DNA from: Myxococcota bacterium
Lineage (GTDB): Bacteria; Myxococcota_A; UBA796; CAJQPC01
Assembly: GCA_036229005.1 (NCBI GenBank)
Contig: JAZAMN010000004.1
Location: 32,001-96,000, forward strand
Reading direction: 5' to 3'
Length of the DNA: 64,000 nucleotides
Every line of letters begins with the position of its first letter. Within the stretch, counting starts at the first letter, position 1. This document shows positions 1 to 9,107 of the stretch, piece by piece. A program made the translations under genes and the position numbers. Under the pieces are notes generated by a model. It saw only the letters and a program-made list of their open reading frames with translations, was not told the DNA's origin and did not search any database.

Positions 1-2
1 AT

Positions 3-872
3 GTGGATGGGGACGGCTACGGCGACCTGATCGTCGGCGCTCCAGAGTGGTGGCAGGACTGGGTCGGCCACGCGGTGCTCTTCTACGGCCGCTGCGATGA
101 CTACGACGGCGACGGCGTCTGCGTGGCGGAAGACTGCGACGACGAGGATGCTGGCGAGACGGTCGTGGTGCCCTGGTACCGGGACGTCGACAAGGACGGC
201 TACGGCAACGACGCCCAGATGCTCGAGGGCTGCGGCCAGCCCCTGGGCTACGTGGCCCAGGGCGGCGACTGCAACGACGGGGTGGCCAGCGTCTCGCCCG
301 GCTCCACGGAGATCCCGGGCGACCAGGTCGACCAGGACTGCGACGGCGTCGAGCTCTGCTACCTGGACTGGGACGACGACGGCTTCCGCCCCAACGCGGA
401 CGACACCCGCGCCGGCAAGGACCTGAGCTGCACCGAGCCTGGGGAGGCCCTGTCCACCGAGCCGCTGGGGGACTGCGATGACGAGAACGAGCTGGTGAAT
501 CCCGGCTTCCCCGAGCGCTGCAACGGCATCGACGATGACTGCGACGGCGAGATCGACGGCCCCAACGCCATCGACGTCAAGCGCTTCCTGCTGGACAGCG
601 ACGGCGACGGCTTCGGCGTCGCGACCGACACCGTCACCGCTTGCGAGGCCCCCGAGGGCTACGTGCCCGAGTCCGAGCGCCTGGACTGCAACGACGGCAA
701 CCCCAACATCTTCCCGGGGGCCGTGGAGCGCCGAGGCGACGAGATCGACCAGGACTGCGACGGCGAAGCGCAGCCCAGTCGTGGCTGCTCGACCGCGGCG
801 GGGAGCGCGCCGGGCGCCCTGCTCATGGGGCTGCTCGTGGTGCTGGGCCTGGGCCGTCGACGCCGGGACTAA
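3..872 (+). CDS. C-terminal part of a surface protein with FG-GAP and MopE-type (putative metal-binding) Asp/Cys repeats and a MYXO-CTERM-like anchor; 5' end outside the window
   Basis: DGDGYGDLIVGAP (FG-GAP), repeated DCDD...PG..E..GD.IDQDCDG units, tail GCSTAAGSAPGALLMGLLVVLGLGRRRRD. Confidence 0.8.
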   Translation: MDGDGYGDLIVGAPEWWQDWVGHAVLFYGRCDDYDGDGVCVAEDCDDEDAGETVVVPWYRDVDKDGYGNDAQMLEGCGQPLGYVAQGGDCNDGVASVSPGSTEIPGDQVDQDCDGVELCYLDWDDDGFRPNADDTRAGKDLSCTEPGEALSTEPLGDCDDENELVNPGFPERCNGIDDDCDGEIDGPNAIDVKRFLLDSDGDGFGVATDTVTACEAPEGYVPESERLDCNDGNPNIFPGAVERRGDEIDQDCDGEAQPSRGCSTAAGSAPGALLMGLLVVLGLGRRRRD

Positions 873-880
873 GACAAATC

Positions 881-906
881 TGCGTCACTCCGCCCCCCAC
901 CCCGTC
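881..906 (+). promoter_or_regulatory. Possible ECF sigma promoter (TGCGTC-N16-CGTC) upstream of the arsI/cadI-sigma operon
   Basis: TGCGTC at 881-886 and CGTC at 903-906 with a 16-nt spacer; CGTC -10 elements are typical of ECF promoters and an ECF gene lies in the operon. Confidence 0.35.
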
Positions 907-937
907 CATGGGTCACACTGCAAAGGAGTGACCCATG
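907..937. promoter_or_regulatory. Perfect 10-bp inverted repeat covering the RBS and start codon of the VOC gene
   Basis: CATGGGTCAC (907-916) / GTGACCCATG (928-937), 11-nt loop containing AAAGGA; ATG at 935-937 is inside the 3' arm. Confidence 0.6.
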
Positions 938-1399
938 CGACTGCACCTTCACCTGCGCTGCCAGGATCTGGCCGCCTCCGAGACCTTCTACCGGGCCCTG
1001 CTCGGTGAGCCCGACAAGCGCGCCCAGGGCTTTGTGCGCTTCCAGCCCCAGGATCTGGGCATCTCGCTGTCCCTGATGGAGGGCGCCCCCGCGCCTCTGC
1101 ACGCTCCCGAACACCTGGGCATGAAGGTGGGCAGCGTCCCCGAGCTGGGGGCCCTCTGGGAGCGCCTGGATCGCGCCGGCCTCAAGCCCCGGCTGCAAGA
1201 GGACAACACCGCCTGCTGCGCCGGGATCCAGAGCAAGCGCTGGTATGTGGATCCGGATGGTCGCGCCTGGGAGGTCTACACCGTCCTGGACGACTCGGTG
1301 CCCGCCGACTGGTCGGTGCCCCGATTCGCAGGCGAGGACACCAGGGCCCGCTCTTGCAGCTCGGCCCCGAAGGCTCCAAGCCTCGGCTGCTGCGGATGA
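935..1399 (+). CDS. ArsI/CadI-family VOC (glyoxalase-fold) heavy-metal(loid) resistance protein
   Basis: N-terminal RLHLHL, EHLG, vicinal cysteines TACCAGIQSKRWYVDPDGRAWEVY, C-terminal GCCG; AAGGAG RBS. Confidence 0.8.
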   Translation: MRLHLHLRCQDLAASETFYRALLGEPDKRAQGFVRFQPQDLGISLSLMEGAPAPLHAPEHLGMKVGSVPELGALWERLDRAGLKPRLQEDNTACCAGIQSKRWYVDPDGRAWEVYTVLDDSVPADWSVPRFAGEDTRARSCSSAPKAPSLGCCG

Positions 1400-1956
1400 G
1401 CCCGGGGGCCCAGGAGATCGCCGCGCTCGACCGGCGCATCCGGGCCCCCCTGCGGGCCTGGCTGGCCCGCTCCCTGCCGCACCAGGAGGCCGAGGACATC
1501 GCCCAGGAGGCCTTCGTGCGGACCCTGGAAGCCTTTCCTCGCTTGCGGGATCCAGCCAAAGCGGAGTCGCTGCTGTGGACCATCGCCCGGAACTTGAGGA
1601 CCGATGCCCTGCGCAGACGCAGCCCCTCCTCCCTGGACCCCGACGAGATCGCGCACGAGCCGCAGCTCCCGGACGCCGCCACCCAGATGGTGGCGCGCTG
1701 GCTGCCGGCCTTTGTCCAGACCCTGGACGAGCCCTACCGGACGGCGCTGCAGCGCGTGGACCTGGATGGCATAACCCAGGCAGAGCTGGCGTTGGAGCTT
1801 GGGATTTCCCCGTCCGGGGCGCGCTCGCGGGTGCAGCGGGGCAGAGCGCTGTTGCAGGCCCAGCTCCTGGCGTGTTGCCAGGTGGGCTTTGAGGGCGGGG
1901 AGGTCAGCGAGGTGCGCCGCAATGGCACCGGACAGGGGAGCTGCGGAGGCTGCTGA
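1396..1956 (+). CDS. ECF sigma-70 factor, SigZ/CorE-like, with Cys-rich C-terminus
   Basis: AEDIAQEAFVR and WTIARN (region 2), LGISPSGARSRVQRGR (region 4), ACCQ and terminal GSCGGC; ATGA overlap with the upstream stop. Confidence 0.8.
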   Translation: MSPGAQEIAALDRRIRAPLRAWLARSLPHQEAEDIAQEAFVRTLEAFPRLRDPAKAESLLWTIARNLRTDALRRRSPSSLDPDEIAHEPQLPDAATQMVARWLPAFVQTLDEPYRTALQRVDLDGITQAELALELGISPSGARSRVQRGRALLQAQLLACCQVGFEGGEVSEVRRNGTGQGSCGGC

Positions 1957-1971
1957 GCTCCCCGGGGGTAC

Positions 1972-3384
1972 TCAGACGGCCATGCCGTAGAGCCCGTAGA
2001 GCAGCATCTTGGGCGAGAGCGTCCGGAGCTGCACGAGCTGCTTTTTGATCTGCGTGGGCCGCAGGTAGAAGCGGCGCAGGGCGTAGCTCTGCATCTTGAT
2101 CAGCTCTTCGGGGTCGTAGCCGTGGGGGTGGTAGATGAGCCGGTCGGGGTCGGGGTTGAAGGTCGTGTAGTTGTCCCAGTCGTCCCGGAACAGGTCCTTC
2201 TGCCAGCGGTCGTCAAAGAGCTTGGAGCCGGGAAAGGGGACCGTGATGGCGAACTTGGCGAAGTCCAGGTCCAGGTCCACGGCGAACTCGATGGTCTCGC
2301 GGGTGAGCTCGGGGGTCTCGCCGGGCAGGCCGATCATGAAGAGGCCGACGGTCTGGATGCCGGCGTTGCGGGCGTTGTCGACGCCCTCGCGCACTTTTTG
2401 GGTGGTGAGGGTCTTGTTGACGTTGCCCAGGAGCATGTCGACGCCGGACTCGATGCCCATGAGCACCCGGCGGCAGCCGCCGTGGTACATCAGCTCGCAG
2501 GTCTCCTGATCCAGGCGGTCGGCGCGGGTCTCGGAGAGCCAGACGCACTTCTTGTCCAGGCCGCGCTTGGAGATCTCGTCGCAGATGGGGCGGAGATCCT
2601 TCTTGACCAGGGGGAAGATGGGGTCGATGAAGCCGATCTGCTTCACGCCGTAGCGGTCGACCAGGTACTCGTACTCGTCCACGACCTTGATGGGGTCGCG
2701 GCGGCGGAAGGTCTTGCCGCCGGTGTGGATGAGCGAGCAGTAGTCGCAGCGGTAGGGGCAGCCGCGGGAGGCGGCCATGGTCAGGATGGGCTTGGCGATG
2801 TCCGCGAAGGGGAGCAGGCCGTAGCGGTGGTAGGGGAAGAGGTGCCAGGCCGGGTAGGGCAGGCTGTCCAGGTCCCGGTTCAGGGCGCGGGCGCGATTGG
2901 TGACGGCTTCCCCGTCGGTGGTGCGCCAGGTGATGCCGTCCACGTCCGAGAAGTCGGTCTCGTTGCGGGCCAGGGCGTCGACCAGCTCGCAGATGGTGAT
3001 CTCGCCGTCGTAGTGGACGGCGAAGTCCACGCCGAGATCGCGGCAGATCTCCTTGGCGAACACGTCGGCGTGCACGCCACCCCAGACGAACTTTGCCTCC
3101 GGCAGGCGGCGCTTGAGCAGGCGGGTGAGCACCTCGCACACAGGGGCGGAGGGCGTCAGCACGGTCATGCCGATCAGGTCGGGCTTGAACTCCTCGGCGC
3201 GGTCGACGACGTCTTGGGGGCTCAGAGCCTCGGCGAACATGTCGATGGCCCGGACGTGGACCCCGTGGGCCTCCAGGGAGCCGGCGATGTAGGCCAGCCC
3301 GGTGGGGGGCATGGGCTCAAGGAGCGCGGCGAAGCGGCCGAGCTTCTCGAGGTTCATGGAGGGGTTGATCAGTAGAACGCGCAC
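1972..3384 (-). CDS. Cobalamin-binding radical SAM protein
   Basis: PPTGLAYIA and GGVHA B12-domain motifs, [11 protein letters not shown] (CxxxCxxC), [14 protein letters not shown]. Confidence 0.9.
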   Translation of the reverse strand: MRVLLINPSMNLEKLGRFAALLEPMPPTGLAYIAGSLEAHGVHVRAIDMFAEALSPQDVVDRAEEFKPDLIGMTVLTPSAPVCEVLTRLLKRRLPEAKFVWGGVHADVFAKEICRDLGVDFAVHYDGEITICELVDALARNETDFSDVDGITWRTTDGEAVTNRARALNRDLDSLPYPAWHLFPYHRYGLLPFADIAKPILTMAASRGCPYRCDYCSLIHTGGKTFRRRDPIKVVDEYEYLVDRYGVKQIGFIDPIFPLVKKDLRPICDEISKRGLDKKCVWLSETRADRLDQETCELMYHGGCRRVLMGIESGVDMLLGNVNKTLTTQKVREGVDNARNAGIQTVGLFMIGLPGETPELTRETIEFAVDLDLDFAKFAITVPFPGSKLFDDRWQKDLFRDDWDNYTTFNPDPDRLIYHPHGYDPEELIKMQSYALRRFYLRPTQIKKQLVQLRTLSPKMLLYGLYGMAV

Positions 3385-3459
3385 GGGGGCCTCGCTGGCT
3401 GGTCGGCGGAGCTCAGAGAGCCACGCAGTTCCGCATCGTAGCGTCCCCTTTGGTCGGTC

Positions 3460-6400
3460 TCAAGGCCGGTCTTGCTGGATTCTTGACAGGCTCCCCCAGC
3501 CAGCGCCCCCAGCGGTCTGCACGCGCACGCGGTCGCACGGGGCCAGCTCGGTGGCCTGCCCGTCCCAGGGGACCCAGGCGCCCTGGTGGTGCAGCTCCAG
3601 GCAGCGGGGGGTGGCGGCCTGCCCACCCTCAAGGCCGGCGCGGGGCGGGTCGGCGATTCCCAGGAGCGCCGCGGTCCCGCCCTCCAGCAGCTCGAGCTCA
3701 CGCAGCAGTCCTTGGCCGCCGGAATGGCGCCCAGCGCCGCCCGAGCCAGGCCGCAGCCCGAAGCGGTGGACCCGGAGGGGGAGGCGGGTCTCCAGCACCT
3801 CGACGTCGGTGATCCGGGTGTTGGTCATGTGGGTCTGACGGCCGCTTCGCCCGGGGCCCTTTGGGGAGGCGCCGACACCGCCGCCGATGGTCTCGTAGAG
3901 GGACCAGCCGGGGCCGCCCATGGATAGGTTGTTCATAGTGCCCAGGCTGGGGGAGCGGGCCTGCAGCGCGGAGAGCAGCAGGTCGACGACGCGCTGGCTG
4001 GTCTCGACGTTTCCGCCGACCACCGCGGCGCCCGGGGGCGGGGAGAGCAGGCTGGGGCTGGGCAGGCGGAGCTGGACGTGACGGAGGGCACCTTCGTTCA
4101 AGGGCAGCGCGGTCCCGGCGAGGCAACGGAGCACATAGAGCAGCGCGGCACGCACGACGGCGGGGGGCGCGTTCAGGTTGCCGCTGTGGGGACCCTCGGT
4201 GCCGGCGAAGTCCACGATGAGGCCCTGGGCGGGGTCGGTGGAGATGGACACGTGGACGGGGATGCCACGGATGACCTCGCTGGCGGATCCGGCGCGCAGG
4301 CGCCGGTGCAGAGCCCGGCTGGACTGGTCGGCCAGGTCGAAGAGGTGGGCCATCCAGGTGCGCAGCAGATCGGCCTCTCCCAGCTCCCGGAGCCCCTTGG
4401 CGGCGTGGTGGTTGGAGGCGACCTGGGCGCGCAGATCGGCGAGCACGGTCTGGGGCTGGCGGCAGCCGGGGAGCTCGGGCGGCAGGAAGCGACCGTCGCG
4501 GGAGAGCAGGGGGACGCGGCGGAAGACCAGGCCTTCGTCGGCGAGGCGCGTGGAGTGGGGGGGCATGGAGCCCGGGGTGAGGCCGCCCACGTCGGCGTGG
4601 TGACCGCGGCTGGCGACCCAGAAGCGGCGCCCCTGGTGCTCGACGGCGGAGACGACGGTGAGGTCGGGGAGGTGGCTGCCGCCGGCCTGGGGGTCGTTGG
4701 AGAGCCAGGCCTGGGCGGCGTCGAGGTCGGCGTGCTGGAGGACGTCGCGGACGGTCTCGCCCATGGCGCCCAGGTGGACGGGGATGTGGGGGGCGTTGGC
4801 GACCAGGCGGCCGGCCTCGTCGAACACGGCGCAGGAGAAGTCCAGGCGCTCGCGGATGTTGACGCTGCGGGCGGTGCGGCGGAGGACCTCGCCGGCCTGC
4901 TCGGCGACGGCCATGAAGCGGGCGCCCCAGAGGGCGGCGCCGTAGGGGGTGTTCTCGGTCGAGGTGGATCGGGGTGCGCGAGAGATTCGGTCCAACCTCA
5001 GGAGTCCGTTGGTGTTGTGCGCCTCCCAGCCGCTGGGGACCCACAGCGAGGTGCTGCTGCAGCGGAGCACGGTGGGGCCCTGGACCCGCGCGCTGCCCAG
5101 CCCGAAGGGGTCGGCCTGGACGCGGGGCATGGGGGGCTTGGGACCCAGGGCGCGGACGCTGACGTTGACGACCTCCAGGGGGCCTTCGGGGAGGTGGCCG
5201 TAGCGGCGTTGGTGCTCGCTGCGGAAGCGCGCGTCCAGCTCGGGGCCGGCGCTCAGCTCCAGGTGGTGGTCGCTGCCCTGGACGCGCAGGCTGACGCTGC
5301 GTTCGAGCGCGCCCAGATCGGGGAGGGAGGCGGAGAGCTGGACCCACTGGGCCTCCAGGTCCACCTCCTCCAGCGGCTGCCACAGGGACACCAGCGCGCG
5401 CTCCTGTCTGCGCGCGAGGCACTGGCCGTAGGCGCTGAGGACGGACGCGCAGGGGTGGACGAGCACGGTGTCGATACCCAGGCGCTCGGCGACCCCGGCG
5501 GCGTGCTGTCCGGCGGCGCCTCCGTAGGCCACCAGGGCGTGGTCGCGCAGGTCCACCCCCCGGGCGGCGGCCAGTCGGCGGGCGGCCTGGGCCATGAGCT
5601 CGCGGGCCAGCTCCAGGAAGTCGTTGGGGTCGCCGGGCAGAGCGATGCGGCTGGCATCCAGGGGGGGATCGAAGGCCTCGGGATCGACGAGTCCGGCGAG
5701 CAGCGCGGCGTCCGTGAGGGTGGGGGGCCCGCCGCGGCCGTAGCAGGCGGGGCCGGGGTGGGCGCCCGCGGAGTCCGGGCCCACGCTGAGGCGGTGCCCG
5801 TCGCTGCGCAGGATGGAGCCCCCGCCGGCGGCGATGGTCTCGACCTCCAGCATGGGGCGGCGCAGGCGGAGGCCGGCCACGCGGACCTCGCCCTCGCGGT
5901 GGGGGAGGGCGCCGGCTTCGACGCGGCAGAGGTCGGTGCTGGTGCCGCCCATGTCCAGGCCCACGGCCCGCTCGAATCCCGCTTGCTGGGCGACCGCGGC
6001 GACGGCGAGCACACCGCCGGCGGGGCCGCTGAGGACGGCCTCGGGCGCGTGGAGCTGGGGGGCTGGGCAGAGGCTGCCGTCGGAGCGCATGGCCTGGGCG
6101 CCGGCGGGGATCTGGTCGCGGGCCATCGCGGCGTGGAGCACGGGGGTGATGGCGGCGTCGATCAGGGTGGTCTCGATGCGGGCGAGCAGGCCGAGCTCGG
6201 GGTCGACGCGGTGTCCGAGCGAGACGTGTAGACCTCGCTTGCGCAGAGCGGCCTCCAACGCGAGCTCGTGGGCCGGGTTCTTTGGGGCGTGGGCCAGGAC
6301 GATGGCGACGGCCTGGATCCCCTCCTCGACCCCGGAGAGATCGGGGAGCACCAGGGGGCTGAGGACGCGGCCTTGGGCGTCCAGGCGCTCGTCGACCTCC

Positions 6401-6714
6401 AGGACCTGGGTGCAGAGGGGGGCGGGCCACTCGGCGTCGGGGTCGAAGAGCTCGGGGCGGGCCATGTCGCCGATGCGGACCAGGTCGCCCAGGCCTCGGG
6501 TGACCAGGAGCAGGGTGGGGACGCCGGTGCGCTCGAGCAGGGCGTTGGTGGCGACGGTGGTGCCGAAGACCAGGGGGTTGCCGGCGGCGAGTTGGCCCAC
6601 GATGGCGCGATCGCTGGGGACCTTGCGGAGCTCGGCCTGGCCGTCGGGGTGCAGGGTGACCACGTCCGTGAAGGTGCCGCCGCGGTCGACGAAGATGCGG
6701 GGTCCAGTGGGCAT
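3460..6714 (-). CDS. oplA: Fused hydantoinase A/B, ATP-dependent 5-oxoprolinase
   Basis: [65 protein letters not shown]. Confidence 0.85.
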   Translation of the reverse strand: MPTGPRIFVDRGGTFTDVVTLHPDGQAELRKVPSDRAIVGQLAAGNPLVFGTTVATNALLERTGVPTLLLVTRGLGDLVRIGDMARPELFDPDAEWPAPLCTQVLEVDERLDAQGRVLSPLVLPDLSGVEEGIQAVAIVLAHAPKNPAHELALEAALRKRGLHVSLGHRVDPELGLLARIETTLIDAAITPVLHAAMARDQIPAGAQAMRSDGSLCPAPQLHAPEAVLSGPAGGVLAVAAVAQQAGFERAVGLDMGGTSTDLCRVEAGALPHREGEVRVAGLRLRRPMLEVETIAAGGGSILRSDGHRLSVGPDSAGAHPGPACYGRGGPPTLTDAALLAGLVDPEAFDPPLDASRIALPGDPNDFLELARELMAQAARRLAAARGVDLRDHALVAYGGAAGQHAAGVAERLGIDTVLVHPCASVLSAYGQCLARRQERALVSLWQPLEEVDLEAQWVQLSASLPDLGALERSVSLRVQGSDHHLELSAGPELDARFRSEHQRRYGHLPEGPLEVVNVSVRALGPKPPMPRVQADPFGLGSARVQGPTVLRCSSTSLWVPSGWEAHNTNGLLRLDRISRAPRSTSTENTPYGAALWGARFMAVAEQAGEVLRRTARSVNIRERLDFSCAVFDEAGRLVANAPHIPVHLGAMGETVRDVLQHADLDAAQAWLSNDPQAGGSHLPDLTVVSAVEHQGRRFWVASRGHHADVGGLTPGSMPPHSTRLADEGLVFRRVPLLSRDGRFLPPELPGCRQPQTVLADLRAQVASNHHAAKGLRELGEADLLRTWMAHLFDLADQSSRALHRRLRAGSASEVIRGIPVHVSISTDPAQGLIVDFAGTEGPHSGNLNAPPAVVRAALLYVLRCLAGTALPLNEGALRHVQLRLPSPSLLSPPPGAAVVGGNVETSQRVVDLLLSALQARSPSLGTMNNLSMGGPGWSLYETIGGGVGASPKGPGRSGRQTHMTNTRITDVEVLETRLPLRVHRFGLRPGSGGAGRHSGGQGLLRELELLEGGTAALLGIADPPRAGLEGGQAATPRCLELHHQGAWVPWDGQATELAPCDRVRVQTAGGAGWGSLSRIQQDRP

Positions 6715-6796
6715 CCGGGTGACCTCGCAGGCGAAATCGACAGAAACAGTAGGCTGGGACCCAAGGCCCTAACTTGGGTGGGCAACGGAGCCCCGC

Positions 6797-9100
6797 ATGC
6801 TTCTCTTCCTCTCCCTCCTGGCCTGTAGAGGGCAAGACGAAAGCGCCCTGGATCCCACCGCCGACCCGGACGGCGATGGCCTGACGACCCAGCAGGAGCT
6901 GGACGGCTTCGCGATCACGGTCGACGAGACGGCGCTGCCGGACGCCCGGACGGCGCGGGTGGCGTACTCGGACCCGCTGGTGGCGGATACGGACGGGGAC
7001 GGCCTGGATGACGCCCAGGAGCGGGCCGCGGGCACGGACCCGGAGCGCGCGGACACCGACGGCGACGGGCTGAGCGACCTGGACGAGCTGGAGCGCTGGT
7101 CCACGAGCCCCACGAGCGTGGACACGGATGGCGACTCGGCTGGCGGGCTGAGCGACGGCAGCGGGGTGCCTCTGGCCCGCCTCTTTGACGGGGCGGAGCT
7201 GGCGCTGGACGCCGACGGCAACGCGAGCCCCACCGCGACGAGCCCCATCCAGGCGGACACGGACGGGGACGGGGCCAGCGACCACCTGGAGCTGCTCTCG
7301 CCGACGCGGGACGCCATCGTGGCGGAGCGGCCCAGCTTCGTGGTGTCGATGACGCCGGGCAGCGACGTCCGGATGTCGCTGAACACGACCTTGGGGGCCT
7401 CAAACGAGAACAGCGAGAAGTACGAGACGCTGCAGAGCAGCCAGACCTACAGCTCGTGGAGCACCGAGGACACCAACACCGAGGGCTTCTCCGCGTTCAT
7501 GAGCGAGAGCCTGGAGGTCACGGGGAAGCTCTCCCTGTCGGCCAGCAGCAGCGCTGTGGGGCTGGGCGTGGAGGGCTCGCTGACCGAGAGCGTCAGCATC
7601 GGGGTGGGCCAGAACTGGGGCGGGACCTACCAGGTCAACAACGACTGGAAGGTCGCGGCGCGGTCCATGTGGAACGAGTACCAGACCGCCTCGCAGACCC
7701 AGAGCCAGACCATCGACGGGGGCACCCTGCAGGTCTCGATGGACGTGGTCAATACCGGAGAGCGCAGCTTCTCCCTGTCCAACCTGTCGATGGTCGTGAG
7801 CACCTATGACCTGCTGGAGGGCGGCCTCAAGCCCCTGGCGACCCTGCGCACCGACCAGGACGTGCTGTCCCTGTCGCGGGGGGAGAGCGCGACGCTGATC
7901 TTCTCGGTCGACGACATCGACAGCGACCGGATGATGGCGCTGCTGGTGAACCCCGGCTCCCTGCACTTCGCCCCCGCGACCTACCAGCTCGAGGGCAGCG
8001 AGGGGGTGGACCTGGACTTCCAGCTCGAGGACATCCAGCAGCGCGCGGCCACCCTGGTCATCGACGGCGGGGACGGGGACCTGCGCCGCATCGAGGTCGC
8101 CGCGAACGTGGGGCGAGACGGGGCCGGTGACCCCGTGGGGCGCAGCGTGTCCGAGATCCTGGACCACGTCGGCGTCTCCCACAGCGCCGCGCCTTTCGAC
8201 GGGGACGGGCTGCTGCTCTACACCATCGACGGGGTGCCCACGGTCACCTTCGAGTCGGACCCCAGCCTCTTCGAGGGCCTGGACGCGCCCGGCTACAGCT
8301 ACACGGACGGACCGGGGGACGCCTGGCTGGAGCAGGCCTGGTTCGCCTTCCTGGAGCGGGAGGCCGAGCCCTACGACGGCGACCTGCTGCAGGCGCCGCT
8401 GGAGGCCGGGGATCAGGCCCTGCTGATCTACACCGAGGACCTGGACCACGACGGCATCACCGACCACGAGGAGCGCCTGCGCGGGAGCTCCGACGACAGC
8501 CTGGACAGCGACGGGGACGGCCTCAGCGACTTCTGGGAGGCCCGCGAGGGCTGGGAGGTGCAGGTCACCGGCGGGACCGCCTACCGCGTGCTGCCCCACC
8601 CCGGCAGCGCGGACCTGGATGAGGACGGCCTGAGCGACCCCGAGGAGCAGGCCTTGGGGCTGGACCCCTTGGACCCGGACACCGACCACGACGGGCTCAG
8701 CGACAGCTACGAGCTGGAGTACGACGGCCCCCTGGCGCTCGACCCGCTCACCTTCAACAGCTTCTCGGCGCCCGTGATCACGGGGTGCAGCGTGGTCTAC
8801 GTGGACTACGAGTTCTGGAACGGCCTCTTCTACGAGCAGCGCTACGACGTCCCCGAGATCACCGTCACCGTCACCGACGCGGACGGAGACGCGGTCAAGG
8901 TCCAGGAGGTCGTCGGCTTCGGATACGCCCCGGCCGTTTTCTTCGATCCGACCGCCGAGGCCTCCGCCTTCTTCGATCGAAGCATGCTCGCCGACTACAG
9001 CTGGGCCCAGGTCGAGATTCCCCGCACCACCGAGTTTCTCTTCTTCGCCCATGACTCCTGGGGCCTGCAGTCCGAGACCTTCACCTGCTACGGCGCTTGA
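6797..9100 (+). CDS. Lipoprotein with DxDGDG Ca-binding repeats and an anthrax PA / binary toxin B-like pore-forming core (paralog 1)
   Basis: Signal MLLFLSLLAC; DPDGDGLTTQQELDGFAI; RDAIVAERPSFVVSM; Ser/Thr-rich amphipathic segment; TLQVSMDVVNTG; IQQRAATLVID...RRIEVAAN. Confidence 0.7.
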   Translation: MLLFLSLLACRGQDESALDPTADPDGDGLTTQQELDGFAITVDETALPDARTARVAYSDPLVADTDGDGLDDAQERAAGTDPERADTDGDGLSDLDELERWSTSPTSVDTDGDSAGGLSDGSGVPLARLFDGAELALDADGNASPTATSPIQADTDGDGASDHLELLSPTRDAIVAERPSFVVSMTPGSDVRMSLNTTLGASNENSEKYETLQSSQTYSSWSTEDTNTEGFSAFMSESLEVTGKLSLSASSSAVGLGVEGSLTESVSIGVGQNWGGTYQVNNDWKVAARSMWNEYQTASQTQSQTIDGGTLQVSMDVVNTGERSFSLSNLSMVVSTYDLLEGGLKPLATLRTDQDVLSLSRGESATLIFSVDDIDSDRMMALLVNPGSLHFAPATYQLEGSEGVDLDFQLEDIQQRAATLVIDGGDGDLRRIEVAANVGRDGAGDPVGRSVSEILDHVGVSHSAAPFDGDGLLLYTIDGVPTVTFESDPSLFEGLDAPGYSYTDGPGDAWLEQAWFAFLEREAEPYDGDLLQAPLEAGDQALLIYTEDLDHDGITDHEERLRGSSDDSLDSDGDGLSDFWEAREGWEVQVTGGTAYRVLPHPGSADLDEDGLSDPEEQALGLDPLDPDTDHDGLSDSYELEYDGPLALDPLTFNSFSAPVITGCSVVYVDYEFWNGLFYEQRYDVPEITVTVTDADGDAVKVQEVVGFGYAPAVFFDPTAEASAFFDRSMLADYSWAQVEIPRTTEFLFFAHDSWGLQSETFTCYGA

Positions 9101-9107
9101 GGTGCCC

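Noticed and set aside
1972..3384. RiPP or natural-product cluster around the B12 radical SAM gene
   Set aside because: No precursor peptide, transporter or other tailoring genes adjacent
3698..7285. 1195-aa Arg/Pro-rich ORF and similar long alternative-frame ORFs throughout
   Set aside because: Typical stop-poor shadow frames of high-GC coding DNA with no recognisable motifs
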